Source: Candidatus Omnitrophota bacterium (GTDB taxonomy: Bacteria; Omnitrophota; Gorgyraeia; Duberdicusellales; 4484-171). From it: 64,000 nt of DNA. Positions 48,930 to 58,407 of this stretch are shown one piece after another; within the stretch, counting starts at the first letter, position 1, and each line of letters starts with the position of its first letter. The translations under genes were made by a program, and so were the position numbers. Under the pieces are notes generated by a model. That model ran no database searches. It saw only the letters and a program-made list of their open reading frames with translations, and was not told the DNA's origin. The DNA lies in assembly GCA_024231025.1 (NCBI GenBank), contig JAAEQW010000312.1, positions 3,238-67,237 of the forward strand, given 5' to 3'.

Positions 48930-49628
48930 TTAAAACTTAAGAATTTTGTCTAAAAAAGTAGAGGGCAAATGAAAAAACTCTTCAATTACGATTGAGAGTT
49001 CATTAAAGCCATTTTTGATGATACTTCGGCAACTCTTTCCGCCAATACGCGCGGGCTCATCTCCGCCAATTTCTGCTATCTTTAAACCATACGTAATTGC
49101 ACGAATATATGTTCGCGTTTCAACCGGACGACTTATAATCTTAATGTCAAGACGACTGTGTATATCTTTGCGAAAAGCACGATATATTCCCAAAAGATCG
49201 GTGCATTGCGCCTTAAACAGTGCCCGCACCAGCGCGCTAAACATCCAATTGCCAAAGCCGCTAATCAGAGTGTCGTCTTCACTTTTTGCCCCATCTTTAT
49301 ACCTTGAACAAACCACCATATCGTAGCCCTCTTTCATTTTAGCAATTAGCTGAGGGATTTTTTCCGGCAGGCAATTTCCATCGGGAGTGAAAAGTATAGT
49401 CACATCGCTAGTCACCGCCGCTAATCCTTCTTTATACCCGGCCATAACCCCTTTGCCCTTTTGAATTGTTACCTGATAACCTAAACTTTGAGCATACTCA
49501 ATACTGCCATCGGTTGAAGCACCATCAATAAAAATTATTTCATCCAACCACTCTTTTTTTATCCGCGGCAAAATCACCCTTAAGGCTTCTATTTCATTAA
49601 ACGATAAGATCACCAATGAAAATGTCAT
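48930..49628 (-). CDS. GT2 glycosyltransferase (polyprenol-phosphate sugar synthase-like)
   Basis: FNE, IDGASTDGS, PDG, YDMVVCSRY, RIGG.S; ATGA overlap start. Confidence 0.85.
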   Translation of the reverse strand: MTFSLVILSFNEIEALRVILPRIKKEWLDEIIFIDGASTDGSIEYAQSLGYQVTIQKGKGVMAGYKEGLAAVTSDVTILFTPDGNCLPEKIPQLIAKMKEGYDMVVCSRYKDGAKSEDDTLISGFGNWMFSALVRALFKAQCTDLLGIYRAFRKDIHSRLDIKIISRPVETRTYIRAITYGLKIAEIGGDEPARIGGKSCRSIIKNGFNELSIVIEEFFHLPSTFLDKILKF

Positions 49629-50572
49629 AACCTGCTCCGGTACCATTCAATTGTCTTGGCAATTCCATCTTTAAGCGAAGTTTTTGCTTTAAAACCTAGC
49701 TTCTCTGCTTTTGATGTATCGATCAATCTTTTTGAAATCATCGTCGGCTTATCTTTATTAAAAACAATATTTGCTTTGAAACCTTCGACTTCTACAATAA
49801 TATCTAACGCCTGCCTTATTGAAACCGCCGTGGCAGTTGCAATATTTATCGGATCAAAACAGTCAATCTTCTCCATCGCGATAAGCGCACCATCAATGAA
49901 ATCATCAATAAAAATAAGGTCTTTTATGTCGCTGCCATCGCCCCACACCTCAACCGGATCGTGACGTTCAATAACTTTTCGCATCAGTGCCGGCAAGACA
50001 TGTGAGGTTTCCCACGCAAAATCATCAAACGGACCATAAATATTCGCCGGGCGTAAAACAACAACTTTCATTGGATTTTTAATTTTCTCAGCGTACATTC
50101 TGCACAAAACTTCACTAAACTGTTTCATCCACGCAACGCAATAATATTTTTCAAACACATCGCCGAAAACCATCTCTTCTTCTTTAACCGGATGCTCCAG
50201 CGCCGGATAAACAGTATTGCTGCTTATCCACAAAAATTTCTTAACACCCGCCTGATAAGCGCCGTCAAGCAATAGTGTGTTCATAATAATATTTGGAGTA
50301 ACATGCACCAGCGGAGTTTTTGCCATTACCCCCGCACCGGAAGTATTTGCCGCACACATAAAAACATAATCAACACCAGCGGTAACTCGTGCGCAATCAT
50401 CGCTTTTTGTTAGATCACAATTAACAACCTCGATCGCGGCATCGTGTATTTGCAAATCTCGATTGTGCCGAGTCACACGAACACGAGCACCACAATCAAT
50501 TAAACGCTTGGTTAAATTTGTACCAACAAACCCCGCTCCACCGGCAACTAATACTTTTTTATCTTTAAACAT
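49625..50572 (-). CDS. NAD(P)-dependent sugar reductase/epimerase (GDP-fucose synthase-like)
   Basis: GGAGFVG, Y...K, RPANIYGP.D, SHVLPAL, VWGDG. Confidence 0.85.
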   Translation of the reverse strand: MFKDKKVLVAGGAGFVGTNLTKRLIDCGARVRVTRHNRDLQIHDAAIEVVNCDLTKSDDCARVTAGVDYVFMCAANTSGAGVMAKTPLVHVTPNIIMNTLLLDGAYQAGVKKFLWISSNTVYPALEHPVKEEEMVFGDVFEKYYCVAWMKQFSEVLCRMYAEKIKNPMKVVVLRPANIYGPFDDFAWETSHVLPALMRKVIERHDPVEVWGDGSDIKDLIFIDDFIDGALIAMEKIDCFDPINIATATAVSIRQALDIIVEVEGFKANIVFNKDKPTMISKRLIDTSKAEKLGFKAKTSLKDGIAKTIEWYRSRL

Positions 50573-51074
50573 CTCCACCATCTCTTTTTGAAAGTATTGG
50601 ATTCTCTAGCGGCCAGGTAATATTAAATCTTTTATCGTTCCACGCATAGGTAAATTGACTCTCTCGATTGTAATATGTAGTTTGCTTATAGTGAAAAATC
50701 ACTTTCTCTGTTAAGGCCAAATGAGCGTTGCCATATTTTGGCGGCACTAACACTTGCTGTCGATTGCTCCCAGAAAGCACAAACGACTGCCACTTACCGA
50801 AACTCTCTGATGCGCTATCGCAATTAACTACAACAAAATAAAATTCACCATAAAGGCATGATACAAGCTTATACGTTTTATCGTCGCCGTGAATCCCGCG
50901 TAATACTTTTCTTTTCGAAACTGAAATATCATCCTGAATAAACTCAACATCAATACCGTGCTCTTTATAAAGTCCTTTATTGAAAATTTCAACATAATGA
51001 CCGCGATGATCAACAAAAGCATCCGGCTCGATTAATAGCACTCCATCTAACTCAGTTTTTGATATTTTAATCAT
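50565..51074 (-). CDS. NDP-4-keto sugar 3,5-epimerase (RmlC cupin family)
   Basis: DHRG, QDDISVS...LRGIH, VPP.YGNAH, WP....LS.RD. Confidence 0.9.
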   Translation of the reverse strand: MIKISKTELDGVLLIEPDAFVDHRGHYVEIFNKGLYKEHGIDVEFIQDDISVSKRKVLRGIHGDDKTYKLVSCLYGEFYFVVVNCDSASESFGKWQSFVLSGSNRQQVLVPPKYGNAHLALTEKVIFHYKQTTYYNRESQFTYAWNDKRFNITWPLENPILSKRDGGDV

Positions 51075-52050
51075 CTTTAAAATAATTTTTCTTAAACTTA
51101 TATTCGTCTTGATTTTTAACAAACCACTCCCAGGTTTGTTTCAATCCATCCAATAGCGACGTAGAAGGTTGATAGCCGATTAGTTTTTGAGCAAGTGAAA
51201 TATCCATAACTCTTTTTGGAAAACCGCCTTTTTTTGATACATCAAACTCATAGTTAAAATCTAAAAAGCTTGCCAGCGCTTGAACCAACTCCTTTATTGA
51301 ATACCCTTTTCCGCTGCCTAAATTAACAAATCCCGACTTTGTGCCATGATATAGTGCCAAAATAACGCCTTCTGCAACATCTCGACTATAGGCAAAATCA
51401 CGAATCGCACTGCCATCACCCCAAACCATTACCGGATCGCACTTATTATATATCTTACTCATTAATGATGGTATAACCATTGCATTGTCTGGATCAAAAT
51501 TGTCACCGGGCCCATAAACGTTGCACGGTCTAACAATTGAGAAATTATTCAAGCCATATTGAATTTGATAAGCTTTTACCTGCAATTCAGCCATACGCTT
51601 GGCCCAACCGGGAAACATGTCCATTGGAGGGCCGGTGGCTTCTTCTTCTTTAAAGACTTCGGCACTGGCATAGGCCCCAATTGAACTTGTATAAACTGTT
51701 TTTTTAACATTGCTAATTCGACAAGCTTCCAAAACGTTTGCATTCAGCATTAAAAGCGGCACAAAAAAGCTTGCGGGCTTATTTCTGGTTACATCGATTG
51801 AACCTTTGATTCCCGCTAAGTGAAAAACAAAATCAAAGTCACGAATCACTTTTTTGCAAAATGAAAAATCGGTTAAATCGCCAATAATATGTTCGACGCA
51901 ATTATTTACCTTTAACTCATCTAAAGAAATAATTACAACGCATGCGCCGCTACCAACAAGGATATCAACAACTTGCCGACCGATTAGCCCGGTACCGCCG
52001 GTAACTAAAACATTTTTGCCTGAAAAACTACTTAAAATTTCTTCTTTCAT
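51067..52050 (-). CDS. NAD(P)-dependent sugar reductase/epimerase
   Basis: TGGTGLIG, RPCNVYGPGDNF, VWGDGSAIRDF; catalytic YxxxK appears as PGWAK. Confidence 0.82.
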   Translation of the reverse strand: MKEEILSSFSGKNVLVTGGTGLIGRQVVDILVGSGACVVIISLDELKVNNCVEHIIGDLTDFSFCKKVIRDFDFVFHLAGIKGSIDVTRNKPASFFVPLLMLNANVLEACRISNVKKTVYTSSIGAYASAEVFKEEEATGPPMDMFPGWAKRMAELQVKAYQIQYGLNNFSIVRPCNVYGPGDNFDPDNAMVIPSLMSKIYNKCDPVMVWGDGSAIRDFAYSRDVAEGVILALYHGTKSGFVNLGSGKGYSIKELVQALASFLDFNYEFDVSKKGGFPKRVMDISLAQKLIGYQPSTSLLDGLKQTWEWFVKNQDEYKFKKNYFKDD

Positions 52051-52052
52051 TA

Positions 52053-52814
52053 TTACTCAACAATAAAATAAGATACTCGTGAAGCATATAAGCAACGCTT
52101 CAGAGAAATATTGTTCAATCCGAAAACTTCCATTAATGCTTTCGTTTCACCGGGAGAATCATGGTCATTAAGCTCATCAAAACCAATAACACTACCTTTA
52201 ACCAAGCGCGGCTTTATTGCCTCAAGGCAAGCCTTAGTTGGCTCATATAAATCAAAATCAAAATAGGCCAAAGCAACGATTGTTTCAGGATATTCTTTTA
52301 GATAATCAACAATTCCGCCAATCGCATCACCAACAACAAAATCATACTTCTTAATGTGACTTAAGGGATTGTCACCCTCTTGGCAATCCATAATTTGAGT
52401 TAAATACTCAAGATAATTATCGCTAACTCCAACGTTACCGGCTTTAATCATCTCTGAATTACCATCTTCTTTGGCAACGCCAGGAAACCCTTTAAATGTG
52501 TCGAAGCCAATAATTTTTTTATGTCGGTTATATGGCTCATAAATGGCCCGCATTGCTGCAAACAAAGACATATTTTGCCCCCAACGAGTACCGAAATCCA
52601 TAACTACACCTTGCACGTCCACAGCTTGACGATACAAAAAGTCCATAAATAAAATGCGTGACAAGACCTTTGAATTAAGAAATAACCCAAGATTTGGCAT
52701 TATTGCATCATCCGGTAATGGGCTTTTTTTGAAAAGTTCTACAAATTTTTGCCTTACTGTATTTTCGTGTTCACTCGCGTAATTCATTCCGCCATAAGTA
52801 ACCTGCTGTGCCAT
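52053..52814 (-). CDS. TylF/MycF-family sugar O-methyltransferase
   Basis: G.VMDFGTRWG, GFDTF.GFP, FDFDLYEPT, GSVIGFDE. Confidence 0.82.
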   Translation of the reverse strand: MAQQVTYGGMNYASEHENTVRQKFVELFKKSPLPDDAIMPNLGLFLNSKVLSRILFMDFLYRQAVDVQGVVMDFGTRWGQNMSLFAAMRAIYEPYNRHKKIIGFDTFKGFPGVAKEDGNSEMIKAGNVGVSDNYLEYLTQIMDCQEGDNPLSHIKKYDFVVGDAIGGIVDYLKEYPETIVALAYFDFDLYEPTKACLEAIKPRLVKGSVIGFDELNDHDSPGETKALMEVFGLNNISLKRCLYASRVSYFIVE

Positions 52815-52824
52815 TGTTCCTCCC

Positions 52825-53742
52825 TTATTTAAAAAAATTATTCGCTTCTTCTTTTATGCTTTCAAAGCCAAGACCGAAATTATCTCTAATAATTTCACGC
52901 CCGCCATACTTATAACAACTTTCATACCCCGCTCTTGCGTTTAAGCCCAATCTTTTTACGGAAATTTTTATATCACAATCGTTAAACAACTCACACACCG
53001 CACTGCCCATCCCTCCGGCAAGAAAATGCTCCTCAAGAGTAATTATTTTTTCAACTCCGTTAATTGCCTCAATAAACGCCTCTCGATTAATTGGTATCTG
53101 AAAAAGATCAATAACGCCATAGTCGCTAGCGGCAATTTCGCAAGCACTATGCACCATTGCCCCAGTTGCAACAATCATTTTGCGCCCTTCTTTAATTTTA
53201 TTTAATCCACTTGAAAAATCAGCTCCCGCTGAATAAACATCATCATGGAAATCCTTATCTAGACGTATATAATTTGTTACGCTGGAATTAGCAGCAATAC
53301 TAACCAAAGAAGCGGCCATGATGTTGTCGGTTGTATTAAGTATATTAATCCCTGGAAAACTGCGCATTATCGCAACATCTTCGATCAAATGATGAGTTGG
53401 GCCATCGCTATGATAACCTAATCCAACCCCCATACCAACAATCGTTATTGGAATTTCATTAATACAGCTATTAACCCTAATCTGCTCAAGACAGCGCAAA
53501 GTAATAAACGGTGCTATCGCATAACAAAAAACTTTCTTACCTTCTTTAGCAAGCCCTGATGCAATAAGAATTGCGTTTTGCTCGGCAATACCAACATTAA
53601 CAAACTGCATAGGTAAATCACGGCGAAATTTATCAAGTGCCGGAGCGCTCATATCGGCCGAAACAATGATGACGTCTCGATCGACTCTTGCTAATTCATA
53701 TACTCGATCAAAAAATACATCGCGTTGTGTTTTATTGGCCAT
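52825..53742 (-). CDS. Transketolase-like C-terminal subunit
   Basis: NVGIAEQN, EQIR, GPTHH, EEH...GG.GS. Confidence 0.88.
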   Translation of the reverse strand: MANKTQRDVFFDRVYELARVDRDVIIVSADMSAPALDKFRRDLPMQFVNVGIAEQNAILIASGLAKEGKKVFCYAIAPFITLRCLEQIRVNSCINEIPITIVGMGVGLGYHSDGPTHHLIEDVAIMRSFPGINILNTTDNIMAASLVSIAANSSVTNYIRLDKDFHDDVYSAGADFSSGLNKIKEGRKMIVATGAMVHSACEIAASDYGVIDLFQIPINREAFIEAINGVEKIITLEEHFLAGGMGSAVCELFNDCDIKISVKRLGLNARAGYESCYKYGGREIIRDNFGLGFESIKEEANNFFK

Positions 53743-54604
53743 CTTCATACCTCCTCTTTAAGTCGGCAATACATTGGGTAGCGACTTTATTGCCAGGAGC
53801 ACAGCCATGCCATAGCGGATCGTAACACAAACTTTTAACCCCCTTACCCTTAACTGTATCGGCAATAATTACCGTCGGTTTAGCAGAACTATGCGAGCGA
53901 AGCGGTTCAATCGCTGCTAAAATTTCTTCAAAACAATGGCCGTTAATGCGAATGACGCCGAATCCAAATGATTTCCACTTATCTTCCATCGGCTCAAGCG
54001 CAACCAAATCTTCCGTAAAATCAGTAACACACAAGAAGTTTCGATCAACTATCGTAATAAGATTATTAAGATTATTGTGACTGGCAAACATTGCGGTTTC
54101 CCAAATTGAACCCTCATAACACTCACCATCACCTAAAATAGCAAACACATTGTGCAACTCTCTATTCATTTTGGCACTTAAAGCCATGCCCGCAGCTACA
54201 CCATAGCCCTGACCCAACGAACCAACAGTAAGTTCCACCCCAGGCACACTTTTTTGCAAATGTACCGCGAGCTTACCGTCAAGCTTGGTAAAGCCCTTTA
54301 AGTCCGCCTTATCAAAAAACCCAAGATCAGCTAAAATCGTATAAAGCGCAGGACTCGCTTGCCCCTTGCTTAATACTAGCCGATCTCGATTAAAAGAGTC
54401 CGGGCATTTTGCATCAAAGCGCATAAGATCCGCATAATAAAGCGCAACTAAAATGTCAACGCACGAAAGGCAAGACGTAACATGCCCCTTACCGGCGTTA
54501 ATGCACATCTCAAGCATTGCTTTACGGATTTCAAAAGACTTAGCGTAAAGACGACTGTTTTTCTTTTCTTTTCGGTTAAAAAGGCCCTTTAAATTTATTT
54601 TCAT
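53732..54604 (-). CDS. Transketolase-like N-terminal (ThDP-binding) subunit
   Basis: GH..SCLS, RDRLVLSKG, GSLGQG, GDGECYEG...DRN. Confidence 0.88.
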   Translation of the reverse strand: MKINLKGLFNRKEKKNSRLYAKSFEIRKAMLEMCINAGKGHVTSCLSCVDILVALYYADLMRFDAKCPDSFNRDRLVLSKGQASPALYTILADLGFFDKADLKGFTKLDGKLAVHLQKSVPGVELTVGSLGQGYGVAAGMALSAKMNRELHNVFAILGDGECYEGSIWETAMFASHNNLNNLITIVDRNFLCVTDFTEDLVALEPMEDKWKSFGFGVIRINGHCFEEILAAIEPLRSHSSAKPTVIIADTVKGKGVKSLCYDPLWHGCAPGNKVATQCIADLKRRYEDGQ

Positions 54605-55610
54605 AAGTGTAAAAATCCTCTCCCGATAAATCGGTTTCATCTATTGCCAATTTTTCTTCGATAGCGCGAATAATATTAACCGCGTTAGGATAAAAACGAT
54701 CCTCCAACGGACGAGCGCACGGACAAGGCGAAAAAGCAAAACCAATTCGCTTAACCGGACTTTTCAAATTATCAAAAGACTTTTCACTAATTACCGCGGC
54801 CAGCTCAGCACCAAAACCGCAATGAACCCAATCGTTATCGGCAACAATGCAATGACCCGTTTTATTTACTGAATCGATGAGTGTTTGTTCGTCTAACGGA
54901 GTTAAGGTAATTGGATCAACTACTTCAACTTCAATGCCTCGTTTTTGTAAAATTTCTGCCGCTTTTATGGCTTCAACATTCATCCATGAAGTCGCGATAA
55001 CGCTAATGTCTTTGCCACAACGCAGGACCTTTGCTTTCCCTAAAGACGATTGATGATCATTAATTGGACCGCATATATCATAAAGCCAGCGATGTTCAAA
55101 AATAATAACCGGACTATCATCACGAATCGCCGCAATCAATGTATGTTTTGCATCGTTTGGCGTTGAGGGCATCGCTACCTTTAGCCCCGGAATATGGGCA
55201 AAACACGAATGCATAGATTTGCTATGCTGAAAAGCCTGCCCCCAGCCTCTGCCAATAATTGCTCGTATAACCATCGGTACTTTTAAGGTACCATTAGTCG
55301 CGTATCGATAGCTTGAAACCATGTTTGCCAACTGATTCATTGCAAGAAGCAAAAAATCAACCCGCATATGAGTGTGAATTGGACGCAATCCACACAAAGC
55401 CGCGCCCAATCCAAAGCCAGTCATCGCATCCTCCGATAAAGGCGTGCTAAAGCAGCGCTTTGGCCCAAACTTATCAAGTATTCCTTTTGTGCTACCGAAA
55501 ATGTTTTTATGGTCGGCAACATCAATACCATAAGTAAAAACCGAAGGATCGCGTTCCATCTCGCTAAACAATGCCTCATTTATTGCTTCGCGATAAGTTA
55601 ACTCTCTCAC
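54576..55610 (-). CDS. 2-oxoacid dehydrogenase E1 beta-like subunit
   Basis: TYREAIN, TPLSE, GLRP, QHS, IPGLKV, FEHRWLY. Confidence 0.88.
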   Translation of the reverse strand: MRELTYREAINEALFSEMERDPSVFTYGIDVADHKNIFGSTKGILDKFGPKRCFSTPLSEDAMTGFGLGAALCGLRPIHTHMRVDFLLLAMNQLANMVSSYRYATNGTLKVPMVIRAIIGRGWGQAFQHSKSMHSCFAHIPGLKVAMPSTPNDAKHTLIAAIRDDSPVIIFEHRWLYDICGPINDHQSSLGKAKVLRCGKDISVIATSWMNVEAIKAAEILQKRGIEVEVVDPITLTPLDEQTLIDSVNKTGHCIVADNDWVHCGFGAELAAVISEKSFDNLKSPVKRIGFAFSPCPCARPLEDRFYPNAVNIIRAIEEKLAIDETDLSGEDFYTYENKFKGPF

Positions 55611-56539
55611 TATACCACTTCCTTTAGCAAAATGTCATCGCTGGGAAATGGACTTTGCTTTGACTTTTTAATTGATTCCTCCACCTGAATATCGATTTCT
55701 TTTTCGATCAGTTCTGGCGCAGTTATTTTTTTTCTTTGCAACAATATTGGATCTCGCTTCTGCCAACTTTCGAAATCTTCGCGCTTTCGATATCCGGCAT
55801 CGAAATCTTCATTTACACCAACGTGCTCAAGATAGCGATAGTATTTTAAATGAAGAAAACACGGCAACTGCTTTTCATTAGAAAGCTTAATTGCCTCTAG
55901 TGTTAATTTATAAATAACTTCAGCATCGGTAGAATCACTTGATAAAACAACGCAATTAAATTGCGAAACAATATTGGTAATTTTATCATAACCGCAGCGA
56001 CTAGCACTCGGAGTATGGACAGCAAAACCGTTGTCTTCGCAAACAAAAAGAATTGGTAATTTCATAAGGCAGGCAACATTTAGGCTCTCCCAGAATACCC
56101 CTTCATCAATTGCACCATCACCAAAAAACACTGCTGTTTTTTTATTACTATTAGCATACTTATTAGCAAATTCAGCACCGACCGCAACCGGAATAATACT
56201 TGCAACAATTGCCGAAGTCCCCATAACCCCTTTAGACGGCGCACAAAGATGCATTGAACCGCCCTTGCCTTGCAACAAAGCTGATCCTCTGCCATATATT
56301 TCAGCAAAAAAATCATCGCTATTGCCGGTTTTAGCCAAATAAAGAGCGTGCGAACGATAAGTGCCGAACACCTGAGCATTATCGCCTAAAGCAAGGCACA
56401 CACCCGCTGAGATTGCCTCTGCCCCCATCGACATATGCATTGGCGTTTTCATAGCATCATCACCGTAGTCATCGATGATCCTCTGTTCACAACGCCGAAT
56501 TAAATAAAGTTTTTTATAAAGAAGGGTGTTTACGTCCAT
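55610..56539 (-). CDS. 2-oxoacid dehydrogenase E1 alpha-like ThDP-dependent subunit
   Basis: HMSMGAEA, YRSH, GKGGSMH, GDGA..EG...ESLN...CEDN. Confidence 0.88.
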   Translation of the reverse strand: MDVNTLLYKKLYLIRRCEQRIIDDYGDDAMKTPMHMSMGAEAISAGVCLALGDNAQVFGTYRSHALYLAKTGNSDDFFAEIYGRGSALLQGKGGSMHLCAPSKGVMGTSAIVASIIPVAVGAEFANKYANSNKKTAVFFGDGAIDEGVFWESLNVACLMKLPILFVCEDNGFAVHTPSASRCGYDKITNIVSQFNCVVLSSDSTDAEVIYKLTLEAIKLSNEKQLPCFLHLKYYRYLEHVGVNEDFDAGYRKREDFESWQKRDPILLQRKKITAPELIEKEIDIQVEESIKKSKQSPFPSDDILLKEVV

Positions 56540-56542
56540 AAA

Positions 56543-57532
56543 CTATTTAACAATGGTTACTGCCTTCCAAGGTGATACTTCTAGTTCCTTTCGCCAAAAT
56601 TGGAGCATGTCTTCGGCAGTTTTCTCGGGAGAAATCTGAGGGCTCCAGCCTGTAATGCTGGTAAATTTGTCAATGCATGGGATTTGTGAAGTAACATCAC
56701 TTGGCCTTAGCAAATTAGGATCAACCTTGATCTCGCACTTTACTTTAGCATGGGCCAATAACATATCTAAAACTTCGCCAACTTTCATAGTTCTGTTGCC
56801 ACCAATATTATAAACATCTCCTGCCGTACACTTATTAACCAAAAGCCAATAGGCCTTTACCGCGTCTCTAACGTCGCAAATCGTTCTTACTGAATCTAGA
56901 TTGCCAACAGAAATAACCGGATCCTTTAATTTTAGCTCTGAGGCAGCAATTTGTTTGGCAAAAAATGATGCAAAAAATACATCACCCCTGCGCGGTCCGG
57001 TATGCGTAAACATTCTAGTTCTAATTGTTTTTAATTTATGAGTTAGCCAATACTGCAAAGCAATCATGTCCTCGCCCACTTTACTTACTGCATACGGTGA
57101 TGCCGGACGAAATGGACAATCTTCAGTTATTGGCACGTTTTCCTTTGCTACCTGGCCGTACACTTCCGAAGATGAACACACATGAATGATCGGATCAATT
57201 CCGTTGATGCGCACAGCCTCTAAGAGGTTTGTTGTGCCGATAACATTAGTCCAAAGGGTTTGCGTCGGTGCGTTAAAACTACTTAGCACATAGCTTTGTG
57301 CGGCCAAATGAAAAATTACATCAGGTTTGATCGCATCAATTTGACGAATAAGCGAACCCAAATCACTTAAATCGGCATCAAAAAGATTAATTTTATCATA
57401 TACCTGCGATAAATTTTCACGATTACTGCGCCAACGACAAAGCCCAAAAATCTCATGATCACCTAATGACAGCAAATACTCTGCCAAATGGCTCCCAACA
57501 AATCCAGTTACACCGGTTATCAGAATTTTCAT
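56543..57532 (-). CDS. GDP-mannose (or GDP-manno-heptose) 4,6-dehydratase
   Basis: ITGVTGFVG, HLAAQSYV, SSSEVYG, SPYAVSK, FTHTGPRRG, RPSDV. Confidence 0.85.
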   Translation of the reverse strand: MKILITGVTGFVGSHLAEYLLSLGDHEIFGLCRWRSNRENLSQVYDKINLFDADLSDLGSLIRQIDAIKPDVIFHLAAQSYVLSSFNAPTQTLWTNVIGTTNLLEAVRINGIDPIIHVCSSSEVYGQVAKENVPITEDCPFRPASPYAVSKVGEDMIALQYWLTHKLKTIRTRMFTHTGPRRGDVFFASFFAKQIAASELKLKDPVISVGNLDSVRTICDVRDAVKAYWLLVNKCTAGDVYNIGGNRTMKVGEVLDMLLAHAKVKCEIKVDPNLLRPSDVTSQIPCIDKFTSITGWSPQISPEKTAEDMLQFWRKELEVSPWKAVTIVK

Positions 57533-58407
57533 AGCAGTTTATATCTCTTTAGTATTTTCTTAAAACTAGCAAGATTATTCGCGCTCATCTTATAAAGCGG
57601 CAAGCGCATGTTAAGCTCGATTAATCCCATTAGTGACATCGCGGTTTTAACCGGAATTGGATTAGTCTCCATAAACAAAGCCTTGATTAAGTCATACAAA
57701 TGCAATTGCATTTTTTTAGCTTTTTCGACATCTCCATTTAAATAAGCATGAATCATTGATGCGTTTTCCTTAGGCACAATATTTGCGGAAACCGAAATCA
57801 CACCACGACAACCAATTGACATTAAAGGGATCGTTACTTCATCACAACCAGAAATAAGCAAGAACTTGCTATCTACTCGGCTCATAAGTTTAGTGGCTTG
57901 ATCAAGCGATCCGCTTGCCTCTTTTATACCAATTATGTTTTTACATGATTTATATGCACGCGCAACAGTTTCCGGTAAAATGTTGCTTCCCGTTCTTGAT
58001 GGAACATTGTAAATAATAATTGGAATTGAAACCCGCGATGCAATCTTTTTAAAATGCTGGTAAAGCCCTTCTTGAGTGGGCTTATTGTAGTAAGGCGTAA
58101 TCACCAATGCTGCATCGGCTTTTACCTTTTTTGCATGCAAAGTTAAATCCAGCGCCTCTTTTGTTGAATTAGAGCCCGCTCCGGCAATAATCGGCACTCT
58201 CCCTCTTGCCTCCTCTACTGCAATCTGAACAAGATACTTATGCTCTGAATGAGAAAGCGTCGCGCTCTCGCCGGTTGTTCCGCAAACCAATATTGCATCA
58301 GTTTTATTTTTAATCTGCCAATTAATCAAAAAACGTACCTTCTCTTCGTTAATGTCTCCATTTTTTTTCATCGGCGTAACTAGCGCAACCATACTTCCTT
58401 TTAGCAT
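57529..58407 (-). CDS. dapA: 4-hydroxy-tetrahydrodipicolinate synthase
   Basis: GTTGES, TPYYNKP, YNVPSRT, GIKEASG, ETNPIPVK. Confidence 0.98.
   Translation of the reverse strand: MLKGSMVALVTPMKKNGDINEEKVRFLINWQIKNKTDAILVCGTTGESATLSHSEHKYLVQIAVEEARGRVPIIAGAGSNSTKEALDLTLHAKKVKADAALVITPYYNKPTQEGLYQHFKKIASRVSIPIIIYNVPSRTGSNILPETVARAYKSCKNIIGIKEASGSLDQATKLMSRVDSKFLLISGCDEVTIPLMSIGCRGVISVSANIVPKENASMIHAYLNGDVEKAKKMQLHLYDLIKALFMETNPIPVKTAMSLMGLIELNMRLPLYKMSANNLASFKKILKRYKLL

Noticed and set aside
54576-56539. Housekeeping pyruvate dehydrogenase pdhAB
   Set aside because: No E2/E3 genes adjacent and the pair is embedded in a nucleotide-sugar cluster.
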